In this document: piece after piece, positions 20,074 through 29,446 of the stretch
Numbering within the stretch: position 1 is the stretch's first letter
Layout: every line of letters begins with the position of its first letter
Source: a virus
Lineage: Duplodnaviria > Heunggongvirae > Uroviricota > Caudoviricetes
Direction: 5' to 3' (one strand)
Virus record (IMG/VR): IMGVR_UViG_3300020045_008999
Location: 480,001 to 544,000 of that record
DNA: 64,000 nucleotides
Notes under the pieces: generated by a model
Databases searched by the model: none
What the model was told of the DNA's origin: nothing
The model's input: the letters and a program-made list of their open reading frames with translations, nothing else
Made by a program: the position numbers and the translations under genes

Positions 20074-21264
20074 TTATCGTTTAATATTACTTTTGTGTAT
20101 ATACCCATTATCCCACTTTTCCAATAATTCAATAAGTATCTCAACAGTAGATTCGAATGTATCAACTGTATATATAGCAATGATATCCGCTGGTTTGCGA
20201 TCCATAACTACCAAACTATAGCAATAATCGCCATGATAATGCATTGAAACACTCAATGGGTAGCTATGATTCAGTCTAATTGTTATGGAATTGGTCAAGG
20301 ATAAATTCGGATATTCTTTAATCACATATTTTTCTTCAAATAATTCATAGATCGATTGTATATCAGCAGCATCCAAATCCTCTATACACTCATATAAACT
20401 TAAATACTCGTGTGTTAAATCACCCTCACGAACACCGAAATCATACTGGTCGAAGTTTTCAAATAATTTCATATCAGTTTTACGAATATCACCACAGTTC
20501 TCTACTATTCCACCATGTGTTTTATCCCATTTTTCCAATATTTCTCTAATAATTTCAACAGTAGATTCAAAAGTATCAACTGTGTGTATAGCAATAATAT
20601 CATTTGACAGATTATTCCAAACCATTAAGCTATAGCAATAATCACCATGATAATACATAGAAACACTAGCTGCGTTATTATATTTCAACTCAAATGAAAT
20701 TGATCTAGTTTGAGCGGCCTTAGGGTACTCTTTAATCAAATATTTTTCACCAAATAATTCATACAAAGATTTAATATCATCATTTTCTAAAAGTACACTA
20801 GAGTCATATAGACCAGAAAATTCAAAAGACAAATCGCCCTCTCTAAGGCCGAAATCATATTGGTCGAATTTTTCAAACATTTTTATATTTTCCCATTTTA
20901 TCATTATTTGTTTAATTAATTCGATTGCATCATCTAAGGTATTCAACTTATGAATAACTAATGCTTCATAATTTTGCTCATCAATTTCAGATACCGAATA
21001 ACAATAATCACCATGATAATAAAGTGTCAAACTTAGGTGATCAATCATGGCAGATGCAATCACCATAGTAGATGTTGGTGTTTTTGTAGGATATTCACTA
21101 ATTACATAATTTCCTAACTCAGAATACACCAAGTGTTTAGCATCTTCGTCAAATGGAATTGATGCATGATATGCATGCATGTATTCCGAGTCATCACCAT
21201 TTACAAAAACAGTTCTTCCAAAATCATATGGGTCAAAGTTTTCAAATAATTTTATATGTTTCAT
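20074..21264 (-). CDS. array-A paralog (3 domains)
   Basis: Three units starting KLFENFDPYDFG / KMFEKFDQYDFG / KLFENFDQYDFG, each with YHGDYCYS. Confidence 0.78.
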   Translation of the reverse strand: MKHIKLFENFDPYDFGRTVFVNGDDSEYMHAYHASIPFDEDAKHLVYSELGNYVISEYPTKTPTSTMVIASAMIDHLSLTLYYHGDYCYSVSEIDEQNYEALVIHKLNTLDDAIELIKQIMIKWENIKMFEKFDQYDFGLREGDLSFEFSGLYDSSVLLENDDIKSLYELFGEKYLIKEYPKAAQTRSISFELKYNNAASVSMYYHGDYCYSLMVWNNLSNDIIAIHTVDTFESTVEIIREILEKWDKTHGGIVENCGDIRKTDMKLFENFDQYDFGVREGDLTHEYLSLYECIEDLDAADIQSIYELFEEKYVIKEYPNLSLTNSITIRLNHSYPLSVSMHYHGDYCYSLVVMDRKPADIIAIYTVDTFESTVEILIELLEKWDNGYIHKSNIKR

Positions 21265-21632
21265 AATTCTATTTTTTTCAATGCTTCTATAACAGACTCA
21301 ATACCATCTACTATTGTCATTTTAACCGGCCTAGTATGTAACCACTCTTTATATACAACAGCATACACATAATCTCCTAAATAATAAACCGTCACGAAAT
21401 TTTCATGGTTTGTTAGTTTCTCTATTTTAACGCACACTTCACCATTATATGTATTCTTGGTATATACAAATATAGATTTCGTTTCGATATGGGTTTCAAT
21501 TTCCCGATATTCAGCAGTATCAAAATCTTGTACGTTTTTAATCATTTCAGCATATGATGCTGAAATATCATCACCATCATATGTTATAAATTCGTATCGG
21601 TCAAAGTTTTCAAATAATTTTATATGTTCCAT
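21261..21632 (-). CDS. array-A paralog (1 domain)
   Basis: MEHIKLFENFDRYEF...YLGDYVY...IVDGIES. Confidence 0.75.
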   Translation of the reverse strand: MEHIKLFENFDRYEFITYDGDDISASYAEMIKNVQDFDTAEYREIETHIETKSIFVYTKNTYNGEVCVKIEKLTNHENFVTVYYLGDYVYAVVYKEWLHTRPVKMTIVDGIESVIEALKKIEL

Positions 21633-21636
21633 AATT

Positions 21637-22050
21637 CTATTTTTTTCCCCATAAATTTTCGTGCAAACATTTTATTACATCATCAATACCATCACACACA
21701 AACAGTTTAACTATATTCTCACTAATTCGGCGAATACTTTCGGCTTTCTCATTATACATTACACCATATGTATAATCCCCCATATACAAAATATAGACAC
21801 AATTCATAATCCGTGGGCTTATACTTGGTGCAACTATGACACCGGTTATTTCGTTACCCCCAACACACAATATTCTCCGAGGACTTACATAATATTCATC
21901 GCCAAAATCTGCTTTAATAAGATCTATATCATCATAAGATATGTCTATAGCCAATTTACGCATGTCGTCGTATATTACTTCGAGATCTTTATATATTCTA
22001 CCAAAATCATATCTATCAAAGCTTTCATACATTTTTACATACCTACCCAT
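21637..22050 (-). CDS. array-A paralog (1 domain), first gene of the array
   Basis: MGRYVKMYESFDRYDFG...YMGDYTY...VCDGIDD; TTTAATATATA 4 nt upstream. Confidence 0.75.
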   Translation of the reverse strand: MGRYVKMYESFDRYDFGRIYKDLEVIYDDMRKLAIDISYDDIDLIKADFGDEYYVSPRRILCVGGNEITGVIVAPSISPRIMNCVYILYMGDYTYGVMYNEKAESIRRISENIVKLFVCDGIDDVIKCLHENLWGKK

Positions 22051-22054
22051 GTTC

Positions 22055-22122
22055 TATATATTAAAAAAGATTTGGTATATTACATCCAATGCAGTATCTT
22101 TGTATTTGTAATTTAATATATA
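22055..22122. promoter_or_regulatory. back-to-back late-type promoters TTTAATATATA
   Basis: Motif at 22055-22065 (-) and 22112-22122 (+), each 4 nt from an ATG. Confidence 0.6.
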
Positions 22123-22126
22123 TCAC

Positions 22127-22507
22127 ATGGATTTAGATAAACAATATTCTGAGATTAAAATTAAATTTGATAATGCGCGCAACAAATTGGCTGAGCTCGA
22201 AAATTCGATAAATTTAAAGGATTCCGACTACTTACTGATACGATCCAAAGATTCGGATAACTATTATATATTAGCTCACGCAAAAGACAAATCAACTATG
22301 AAATCCGGAACGAAATCAGTAGTTGCGGATTATATACGAAAATCTGGCATTGACCTTGATAGGATCAACGGCATAGAATTAATTATGCATTACCAACGAC
22401 CAAGAATTAAAAAATACGATCAATTTATAGATACTATAAATGATGCGGTGGATTCATTGGATGATAAGATAAATGACCTAGGATTCGCATTAAAAAATAA
22501 AAAATAA
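22127..22507 (+). CDS. hypothetical protein, paralog of the two units in 22512..23081
   Basis: DSDYLLI...KSGTKSVVADYIRKSGID; RIKKYDQF near the C-terminus. Confidence 0.6.
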   Translation: MDLDKQYSEIKIKFDNARNKLAELENSINLKDSDYLLIRSKDSDNYYILAHAKDKSTMKSGTKSVVADYIRKSGIDLDRINGIELIMHYQRPRIKKYDQFIDTINDAVDSLDDKINDLGFALKNKK

Positions 22508-22511
22508 CACA

Positions 22512-23081
22512 ATGGACCATTTAAAAAAATTTGATGAACTAATTGAGCTTGGCGATAAAAGACACCGTTTAGCAAAAGAATTGAAGAAATCGGTTGAATA
22601 TGAAAAATGTGATTATAGCATTGCTAAAGTGGACTCGATGGCCTATGAAGTAAGGTTTGTGTTAATCCGCAAAAGTGACAAAAAACAATTAACACACGGA
22701 TCTGCTACCGAGGTTAAGAGATACATTGAAAGAATAGGAATCGATCATAATAATATATTTAACATAGACCTAATCGGTATTATAATAGATAAAGTAGAAC
22801 TAGAACCATATAAAAAATTTATAGAATTAGCTGACGAGGGCGCAAAGAAATTTCGCGAACTCAAAGATTCTAAAATGTTTCATGATGCCGATTATGTAGT
22901 AATCAAGGACGGCCTACCTGGTCATTTCAAATTGATTGATACCAAAACCAGTACTATTAAAACATCCGGTACCCCATCTCGTATTCGAAGTTACCTGAAT
23001 CTGAGAAAAATAGACAAATCAGCAGTTTTTAAATACGAATTAATTGAAATTCAAGCTAAGAAACCTAATCAAAACGGTTAG
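22512..23081 (+). CDS. hypothetical two-repeat protein
   Basis: MDHLKKFDELIEL...HGSATEVKRYIERIGID; YKKFIELADE...SGTPSRIRSYLNLRKID. Confidence 0.6.
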   Translation: MDHLKKFDELIELGDKRHRLAKELKKSVEYEKCDYSIAKVDSMAYEVRFVLIRKSDKKQLTHGSATEVKRYIERIGIDHNNIFNIDLIGIIIDKVELEPYKKFIELADEGAKKFRELKDSKMFHDADYVVIKDGLPGHFKLIDTKTSTIKTSGTPSRIRSYLNLRKIDKSAVFKYELIEIQAKKPNQNG

Positions 23082-23090
23082 ATAACAAAA

Positions 23091-23123
23091 GAAAAAAGAA
23101 GAGTAATATACTCTTCTTTTTTC
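23091..23123. terminator. bidirectional intrinsic terminator
   Basis: GAAAAAAGAAGAGTA/TACTCTTCTTTTTTC inverted repeat between convergent genes. Confidence 0.7.
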
Positions 23124-23137
23124 GTTTATATTAATGA

Positions 23138-24346
23138 TTAAAATAAATCATCTGCATCGAAATCATCTTCGAATCCGTTGTCATCACCATTTATGGCATC
23201 GAATTCATCTTCTACTGCTTCCATTTCATCAATTGATTTGTATCTAAAATATTCGTTAATAAAAGGTTCCATTTTTTGTAATACATCATCAGTCCATATT
23301 TCTTTAGTGAATAGCTGCTTTAAATAAAATGATTTATCCAAATGTCTAACATACCACTTAATTCCACCCGGAACAAATTTCATCTCACCACTACTAGTAT
23401 CCACCGAATATTTTCCCTTTGCGATACCGATTTCTCGGAAGTACTCTGGGCGAGCAAATGCCTCTAAACCACGATATCGGTTCATACCACGTTCGAATGA
23501 TATTTCAAATTTAACTTGCTTAGGCTTAACCTGACGGTTCTTAACGCACTTCGCAGTTACTACAATACCAGAAGAACTTCCGATATCCATATCATCCCCA
23601 TCTTCTTTCAATTTAGCTTTTGTTAAAAAGGTGATATTATTTGCAGAATAGTAAAGTTGACGACCGCCCTTCATCACCATTTGAGAATACGTTTCTAAAG
23701 TTTCGTAAATTTGATTGTTTACCAAAAATGGTATTTCCAAATAGTTGATATCCTCGGTAATAGAAACGAACATCGAACCAATCGCTTTGGCTTTATTACC
23801 TACTTCAGCTTTAATATCACCTTTCATCAAATCATCTTTCATCTTTCTAGAGGACATCTGTCCTAATGAATCAAGTGCCCAAATTTGTTTTGGCATTTCA
23901 CACCCACTCATTTTCGCTTCTTTCATTTCACCAATAAGTGTAGTCAATGTAATATTAAGTTCCTCAACCTGATTACCACGGATTATTATAAATTTATCAG
24001 GTGAATTATCAATACCATATTTAGGCAATTCCGATCGATTAATGGCATGTTCGGTATCAATATATATAACCGAGTAACCCATTTTCTGTGCTTCTCTAAT
24101 GATATTCAATACTAAAAATGTTTTACCGGTTGCCTCTGCTCCACCGAATACTGAAATACCACGAGATCCTACACCACCAAATAATGAACCGGATAAACAG
24201 GCATTCAATATATACGACCCGGTTGGAATATAACTACGAGTACCCATTGATTTATCAATATGGATCGGCACCGTTTTGGCGATGTTGTCTAAAATTGTTG
24301 CTACTTTACTAAATTCGAATTTCTTTGCTTCTACTTTTTTTGCCAT
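23138..24346 (-). CDS. uvsX: UvsX/RecA-like recombinase
   Basis: IPTGSYILNACLSG, Walker A GAEATGKT, YIDTEHA, LDSLG, KGGRQLYYSA, KNR, acidic tail. Confidence 0.88.
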   Translation of the reverse strand: MAKKVEAKKFEFSKVATILDNIAKTVPIHIDKSMGTRSYIPTGSYILNACLSGSLFGGVGSRGISVFGGAEATGKTFLVLNIIREAQKMGYSVIYIDTEHAINRSELPKYGIDNSPDKFIIIRGNQVEELNITLTTLIGEMKEAKMSGCEMPKQIWALDSLGQMSSRKMKDDLMKGDIKAEVGNKAKAIGSMFVSITEDINYLEIPFLVNNQIYETLETYSQMVMKGGRQLYYSANNITFLTKAKLKEDGDDMDIGSSSGIVVTAKCVKNRQVKPKQVKFEISFERGMNRYRGLEAFARPEYFREIGIAKGKYSVDTSSGEMKFVPGGIKWYVRHLDKSFYLKQLFTKEIWTDDVLQKMEPFINEYFRYKSIDEMEAVEDEFDAINGDDNGFEDDFDADDLF

Positions 24347-24479
24347 TTTTAATTTACTTTTTTATACAGTATATATAAATTTCACGCACCCCCTTTTCAT
24401 CTTTTTCAAAAAAAGATAATAAGACCATCAAACAATGTGAAATAATTAATATATACATATTAAAAAATAATAATCACAC

Positions 24480-25328
24480 ATGACCAAATCAACTTTCCTT
24501 GAAAAGTCCCGATCAATACATGGATATAAGTACACCTATAAAATTGAAACAGATGATATAAAATTCACCGACATAATAACCGTCATATTAGACGAAATTG
24601 AGTATGAACAGCGATGTATCAACCATTTACAGGGAAAATGTCCAGAAAAACTGAACGCTACTAAGACAACGGATCAATTTATTTCGGAATCTAAGGCGGT
24701 GTGGGGACATACTCGCTTTGATTATACTCACACAATTTATACAAATGCGAAAACGCCGGTTAAATTATTAGATACACTTACCGGCCTTACAGTTGAACAA
24801 ATACCAATTATTCATTTGAAGAAAAATATACCGGTGACCATAAATCAATATGATTTCATGGAAATGTCTAAACGAGTTGCTGATTATTCATTAGAATATG
24901 ATCAGTGTATTTATATTAACAAAACCCACAAAGTCAATTTAAAATGTCCAGAACACGGATTATTCTCAGTTGTCCCATTTAATCACCTTAATTATGGATC
25001 TTCTTGCCCACAATGCACTTATAGTGCTGTTTTAAAGGCAATCAAGAAGCCACTTAATAAATTATACATTCAATATATAACACAAAAGAAGTTTATTGGA
25101 TGTGTAGATGAATACCAACTTCCATTTGATATATACATCCCTAGTATTTTATTAGCAATTGATATACAAACTATAAAATCATCTGAGGTAAATCAAATGA
25201 ATATTGTGAAGAATGAATATTGTGAGGAAAATTTCATAGAATATATCCCAATTGACGAAACCACTAATATAAATGATGTACTGAGTGACTATATATTACC
25301 CAAACTCAAATTAATTCATCACATTTAA
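24480..25328 (+). mobile_element. free-standing homing-endonuclease-like gene (repeated Zn-binding modules plus PD-(D/E)xK-like domain), possibly degenerate
   Basis: Repeats FLEKSRSIHGYKYTY and FISESKAVWGHTRFDY; CPEHGLF..NHL..CPQC; C-terminal LPFDIYIP..LAIDIQ. Confidence 0.65.
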
Positions 25329-25343
25329 TATATAATAAAAGTT

Positions 25344-25754
25344 ATGTATGAAAAAATGAAACATTTGAAACGGTTCAATGAAAATTTAGTAATTATTTTG
25401 CCCGAAGATGGTTCATATACCAAAATAAATAACGATCAATTTATTCAATTTAATAAAAATTATAAAAAAACTACAGATTGCGATATTGTAATTCAAACAG
25501 AAATTAATCGTTTTTTTAAAGCAGCTTCATCTAATGCAATGATGACTTATTCCAAAACAACTGATCCCAATAGAATACGTTTAGGTAATCCAGATGTGTC
25601 GGTAATTAATATAGATTTATACGATGATAACTGGATAATTATTTACTATTATAGAATAGATGGTTTATTAATGGAATTTTATCTATGTGATGGCGAATAT
25701 GGTATAATCCAGTTCACCAATGACTATATTGAAAATAAAAATATTATTATATAA
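25344..25754 (+). CDS. array-B paralog (1 DxW...CD[GQ] domain)
   Basis: MKHLKRFNEN (ATG 25356), LPEDGSYTKI, DDNW, YLCDGEYG. Confidence 0.75.
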   Translation: MYEKMKHLKRFNENLVIILPEDGSYTKINNDQFIQFNKNYKKTTDCDIVIQTEINRFFKAASSNAMMTYSKTTDPNRIRLGNPDVSVINIDLYDDNWIIIYYYRIDGLLMEFYLCDGEYGIIQFTNDYIENKNIII

Positions 25755-25842
25755 AAAAACACATCACAATTATTATAACTATATATTACCAAAACCTAAA
25801 CTGATTAAACATATTTAATATATAACAAAAGCTAAATATGGG

Positions 25843-26580
25843 ATGATATATTTAAAAGGATTCAATGAAAGTTTAGAAAATTTACCACCTGATGGTGGAT
25901 ATTTAAAGTTAAGTTCAAATGAAATGAAAAGTTTCAGAGAACACTACAAAGTGGTAGAATATAATACTACTACTTATGCATATGCGTATAGTATGTTTGA
26001 AGAAAAATGGTTTAAAAAAATTAACCACGAAGACATTTGGTTGGATATTGATCTATTGAGTGATAATTGGATAGATGTCGAAATACAAATACAGTCGGAA
26101 CTAATGTTTTTTTTATGTGATGGTAGTGATGGATTGGAGAAATTATGTGATGACTTTGCTAAATTTATACCAGGAAAATCAATAACATCAGAAATAAACG
26201 AAAATACAACATACTCATTTCCAAATACCGGAAACTATACTAAGTTAAACCCTGATCAATTTGTGGATTTTTCAGACACATACAAACGGATTCATCATTA
26301 TGCGAATAATGTATATCATCCATTAATTGATATTTTTTTCGAAAAAGTAGTAAACGAATTACCCACTAATTCAGTATTAGTAAAAACACCAACTATGGTA
26401 AAATTTAAACAACGAAATCATACTGTAGTCAGTGTGGATTTTTATGAAGATGATTGGGTAGTGTTTAACTATTACAACTTCTTACTAGATAGTGCAATAA
26501 ACTACTATCTATGTGATGGTGAGGACGGTATAATTAAATTTTCAGCAGACTGGGATAAAAATAAACATGACATCAAATGA
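25843..26580 (+). CDS. array-B paralog (2 domains)
   Basis: MIYLKGFNES..LPPDGGY..DNW..FLCDGSDG; INENTTYSFPNTGNY..DDW..YLCDGEDG. Confidence 0.75.
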   Translation: MIYLKGFNESLENLPPDGGYLKLSSNEMKSFREHYKVVEYNTTTYAYAYSMFEEKWFKKINHEDIWLDIDLLSDNWIDVEIQIQSELMFFLCDGSDGLEKLCDDFAKFIPGKSITSEINENTTYSFPNTGNYTKLNPDQFVDFSDTYKRIHHYANNVYHPLIDIFFEKVVNELPTNSVLVKTPTMVKFKQRNHTVVSVDFYEDDWVVFNYYNFLLDSAINYYLCDGEDGIIKFSADWDKNKHDIK

Positions 26581-27392
26581 AGCATATAATATCATTCGGA
26601 AAATTAAACGAATCCAATCACATTTATTTGCCGGCTGATGGTGATTATAAAGAATTAAATCAATCTGAGTACAATTCTTTTTTAACACAATACCCTACAT
26701 GTAAATTAGATATTACGAACTCTGCTATACTTTTAGATACTTTACAGGCATTAGCTGAAAAATGTGTTGGTGCAGCAATCAGCAATAGAGGTGGTAGTTT
26801 ATCATATAGAATCCAATCTATTACACATTGGATTGACATCGATATGCGAACAGATAACTGGTTTGCAATTGACGCTCAAGTATTATCTGATACATATAAA
26901 TACATATGTGACGGGGAAGACGGGCTTAATAAATTTATTGAAGATTTTACTGGCATTATGCCAATGGTTAAATCAATGCCTATAAAAGAATCATTGAATA
27001 ATGTCTGGCCAGCAGATGGCAAATATTCTAAATTGACCGGTGCCCAATATATTGAATTCAAAGGGTTATGTACTTACCAGTATGAAAAAGATTCAAATAA
27101 ATTAATAGTTGATTCTATTAGTTTCATTTCTAAATTGTTTTCAGATGAAAATTGTAGAATTAACCCAACAAGAAGAAGCATTGTTTTTGATACACAATAC
27201 AAATCAATGAAAATATATGGTGTGCCACATGTGGATTCTTGGTTCATATTTAGGATCATGACATTTGACACCAACCACCCAGGTAATATAGGGGCAGGTC
27301 AACCCACATCCATAGACTTATACCTATGTGATGGTGAAGACGGTGTAACTGAATTTTTGAAAGATTGTAGAGAAATAATAGAAAATACATAA
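26577..27392 (+). CDS. array-B paralog (2 domains)
   Basis: MKHIISFGKLNES..LPADGDY..DNW..ICDGEDG; IKESLNNVWPADGKY..DSW..LCDGEDG. Confidence 0.75.
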   Translation: MKHIISFGKLNESNHIYLPADGDYKELNQSEYNSFLTQYPTCKLDITNSAILLDTLQALAEKCVGAAISNRGGSLSYRIQSITHWIDIDMRTDNWFAIDAQVLSDTYKYICDGEDGLNKFIEDFTGIMPMVKSMPIKESLNNVWPADGKYSKLTGAQYIEFKGLCTYQYEKDSNKLIVDSISFISKLFSDENCRINPTRRSIVFDTQYKSMKIYGVPHVDSWFIFRIMTFDTNHPGNIGAGQPTSIDLYLCDGEDGVTEFLKDCREIIENT

Positions 27393-29194
27393 TGAAGTAT
27401 ATTAAAAAATTTATTAAAATCAATGAGTCTATTGATCATTTATTACCAGAAGAGGGTGGATATGCTAAACTAGGCTATCAAGAACACGGTTTATTCAGCA
27501 TCAGTTACCCAATTGATTACCAATACGATCTTCGTAGTGATATTTTAATGGATTCAATCAAAACCATGGCCGCGTTATGTGGTGATCCAGATTACCAATC
27601 AAGGACACATCTACCTCGCTTGGTATACAAGATTAATCATGATGAATCCTATGTAGATTTAAAGATGCATATGGATAATTGGATCGTTGTGACCAATCAA
27701 TATAGGGATGAGAATCATTATTTTATATGCGATGGTGAAGAAGGACTGAGTAAATTCATCAAACATTGGAATTATAATATTAGAAATAATAAAAACAATT
27801 TAACAATTTTAGAATCAGTTGACTACTTATTACCACCGGACAACAGTTACACCAGAGTAGGTGATACCAGATTTGCTGAATTTGTAAAAGAATACCCTTA
27901 TATAGAAGACGATACGTTAACACCAGAATTGAAAGATGTGATGCGAGTAATATATGAAAAATGTAGTGATGAAAATGCACATCTATCAAAGCGTGAAGCA
28001 TTATGTTCATATGTGACACCAAGTGAAAATCTATGGATTACTGCAACCGCCTCTGCACATACTGATAACTGGTATTCAATTAAATTTAAACTCGATAGTA
28101 TATATGTAAATCATGCGGCATATTACATTTGTGATGGTATTTCGGGTCTGGAAGAATTCTCACAGGACTGGACCGGATCACACCTTATACAAATTGACGA
28201 AAGTGTCTCTTATCTACCAGAAGGATCTTATTCGAAACTAGATGAAACCGACTTATTAAATTTCATAAATACCTATGGGAAACCACGTATCAATTTAGAG
28301 CTAATGGCGGAATTCAAATCTTATCTAAATACTAATGATATTATAATTATAGACCAAATATCTAGGAATGAGATTATCATAGTAGTACATGGTATGAAAA
28401 TAGCAACTAGTATTTCAGAACATACTGATATGTGGATTTCCATCGTTTATGGTAAAGATTTTTATATTTGTGATCAAGAAGCGGGAATGTATGAGTTATT
28501 CGATATGTTATTCAATAATCGTGTTTTAGAAAACGCTTCTTATTTACCAACCGGATTGTACTCAGAAATTAATGCAGATGATTGGACTAATTTCTTACTA
28601 ACATTTGGTACTGGTGACGTTGATAAACATACGATCGATACATTACTAGTTTATGCTAAAAGTATTGACATAGAACCAACTATTAAAAGCTATAATTATG
28701 GTTTCACACGACCAAATGGCGAACAGTTTTACGCAAGCGTATACAAACATGATGATCACTGGATAAGTGTACTAACATCCGATCGTGGCTTATTTTTATG
28801 TGACCAAGAAGATGGAATGATTGCTCTTTTCAGAGATGTTTTAATGCCAAATGAAAAAAATAACGAAACAATGATAACAGAAAGTATAGAAGACGACGTA
28901 GAAGATGGTAGCTATTTAGAAATTGATAGCGACGATGTTTTAAAAATATGGAAAGATTATGGACCATCGTCTTTTGATATAACTGAAATTGAACAATTAG
29001 CAGATACACTTGGTAAGGAATATTCAATCAATCGTTTTGAAAAAGGTAATATAATAACAATATATAGTCATTCACGACACGAGTCCTCACAGGTGTGTAA
29101 ATTCGATGATGGTTGGTTCATTTGTAATAATGAACCAGATGCAAATTTCCTTTGTGATCAAATTGCGGGTGTGATTCAATTTATTAAATTATAA
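27392..29194 (+). CDS. array-B paralog (5 domains)
   Basis: Units begin INES, ILES, IDES, VLEN, ITES; each has DxW and CD[GQ]xxG. Confidence 0.78.
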   Translation: MKYIKKFIKINESIDHLLPEEGGYAKLGYQEHGLFSISYPIDYQYDLRSDILMDSIKTMAALCGDPDYQSRTHLPRLVYKINHDESYVDLKMHMDNWIVVTNQYRDENHYFICDGEEGLSKFIKHWNYNIRNNKNNLTILESVDYLLPPDNSYTRVGDTRFAEFVKEYPYIEDDTLTPELKDVMRVIYEKCSDENAHLSKREALCSYVTPSENLWITATASAHTDNWYSIKFKLDSIYVNHAAYYICDGISGLEEFSQDWTGSHLIQIDESVSYLPEGSYSKLDETDLLNFINTYGKPRINLELMAEFKSYLNTNDIIIIDQISRNEIIIVVHGMKIATSISEHTDMWISIVYGKDFYICDQEAGMYELFDMLFNNRVLENASYLPTGLYSEINADDWTNFLLTFGTGDVDKHTIDTLLVYAKSIDIEPTIKSYNYGFTRPNGEQFYASVYKHDDHWISVLTSDRGLFLCDQEDGMIALFRDVLMPNEKNNETMITESIEDDVEDGSYLEIDSDDVLKIWKDYGPSSFDITEIEQLADTLGKEYSINRFEKGNIITIYSHSRHESSQVCKFDDGWFICNNEPDANFLCDQIAGVIQFIKL

Positions 29195-29195
29195 T

Positions 29196-29226
29196 AAAAA
29201 GAGAGAAACCTTCGGTTTCTCTCTTT
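29196..29226. terminator. bidirectional intrinsic terminator
   Basis: AAAGAGAGAAACC-TTC-GGTTTCTCTCTTT between array B and the convergent tRNA. Confidence 0.8.
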
Positions 29227-29230
29227 CTAG

Positions 29231-29302
29231 TTACGATACTAGGGCTCAAACCTAGGATGAGTGCGCCAAAAGCACTTGTGTTATCAACTACACCATATCG
29301 CA
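29231..29302 (-). tRNA. tRNA-Gln (anticodon UUG), CCA not encoded
   Basis: Cloverleaf TGCGATA-TG-GTGT AGTTGATA ACAC-A-AGTGC TTTTGGC GCACT-CATC-CTAGG TTTGAGC CCTAG-TATCGTA-A; U1-A72 pair. Confidence 0.88.
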
Positions 29303-29304
29303 AT

Positions 29305-29337
29305 AAAAAACCAGCCAATTCAAGTGAACTAGCTGGT
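29305..29337 (-). terminator. attenuator-type intrinsic terminator immediately upstream of tRNA-Gln
   Basis: Minus strand CCAGCTAGTTC-ACTT-GAATTGGCTGG-TTTTTT, ending 2 nt before tRNA position 1. Confidence 0.7.
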
Positions 29338-29365
29338 AAAAAAGTAAATTAGTTTATAAATAATA

Positions 29366-29446
29366 CTAATACATATAACAGACTAGATCAGATTGTACAA
29401 TCTGTCTACTCTGGATCGATAATAATATATTATTAATATTTTTCAT
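29366..29446 (-). CDS. putative 26-aa leader peptide MKNINNILLSIQSRQIVQSDLVCYMY
   Basis: ATG 4 nt after TTTTATATATA; Gln codons CAG, CAG, CAA at codons 12, 15, 18; not in the supplied ORF track. Confidence 0.6.
   Translation of the reverse strand: MKNINNILLSIQSRQIVQSDLVCYMY

Noticed and set aside
17766-29194. CRISPR array or diversity-generating retroelement behind the repeats
   Set aside because: Repeats are protein-level and in frame. No identical DNA repeats with spacers, no reverse transcriptase, and no adenine-specific TR/VR pair was seen.
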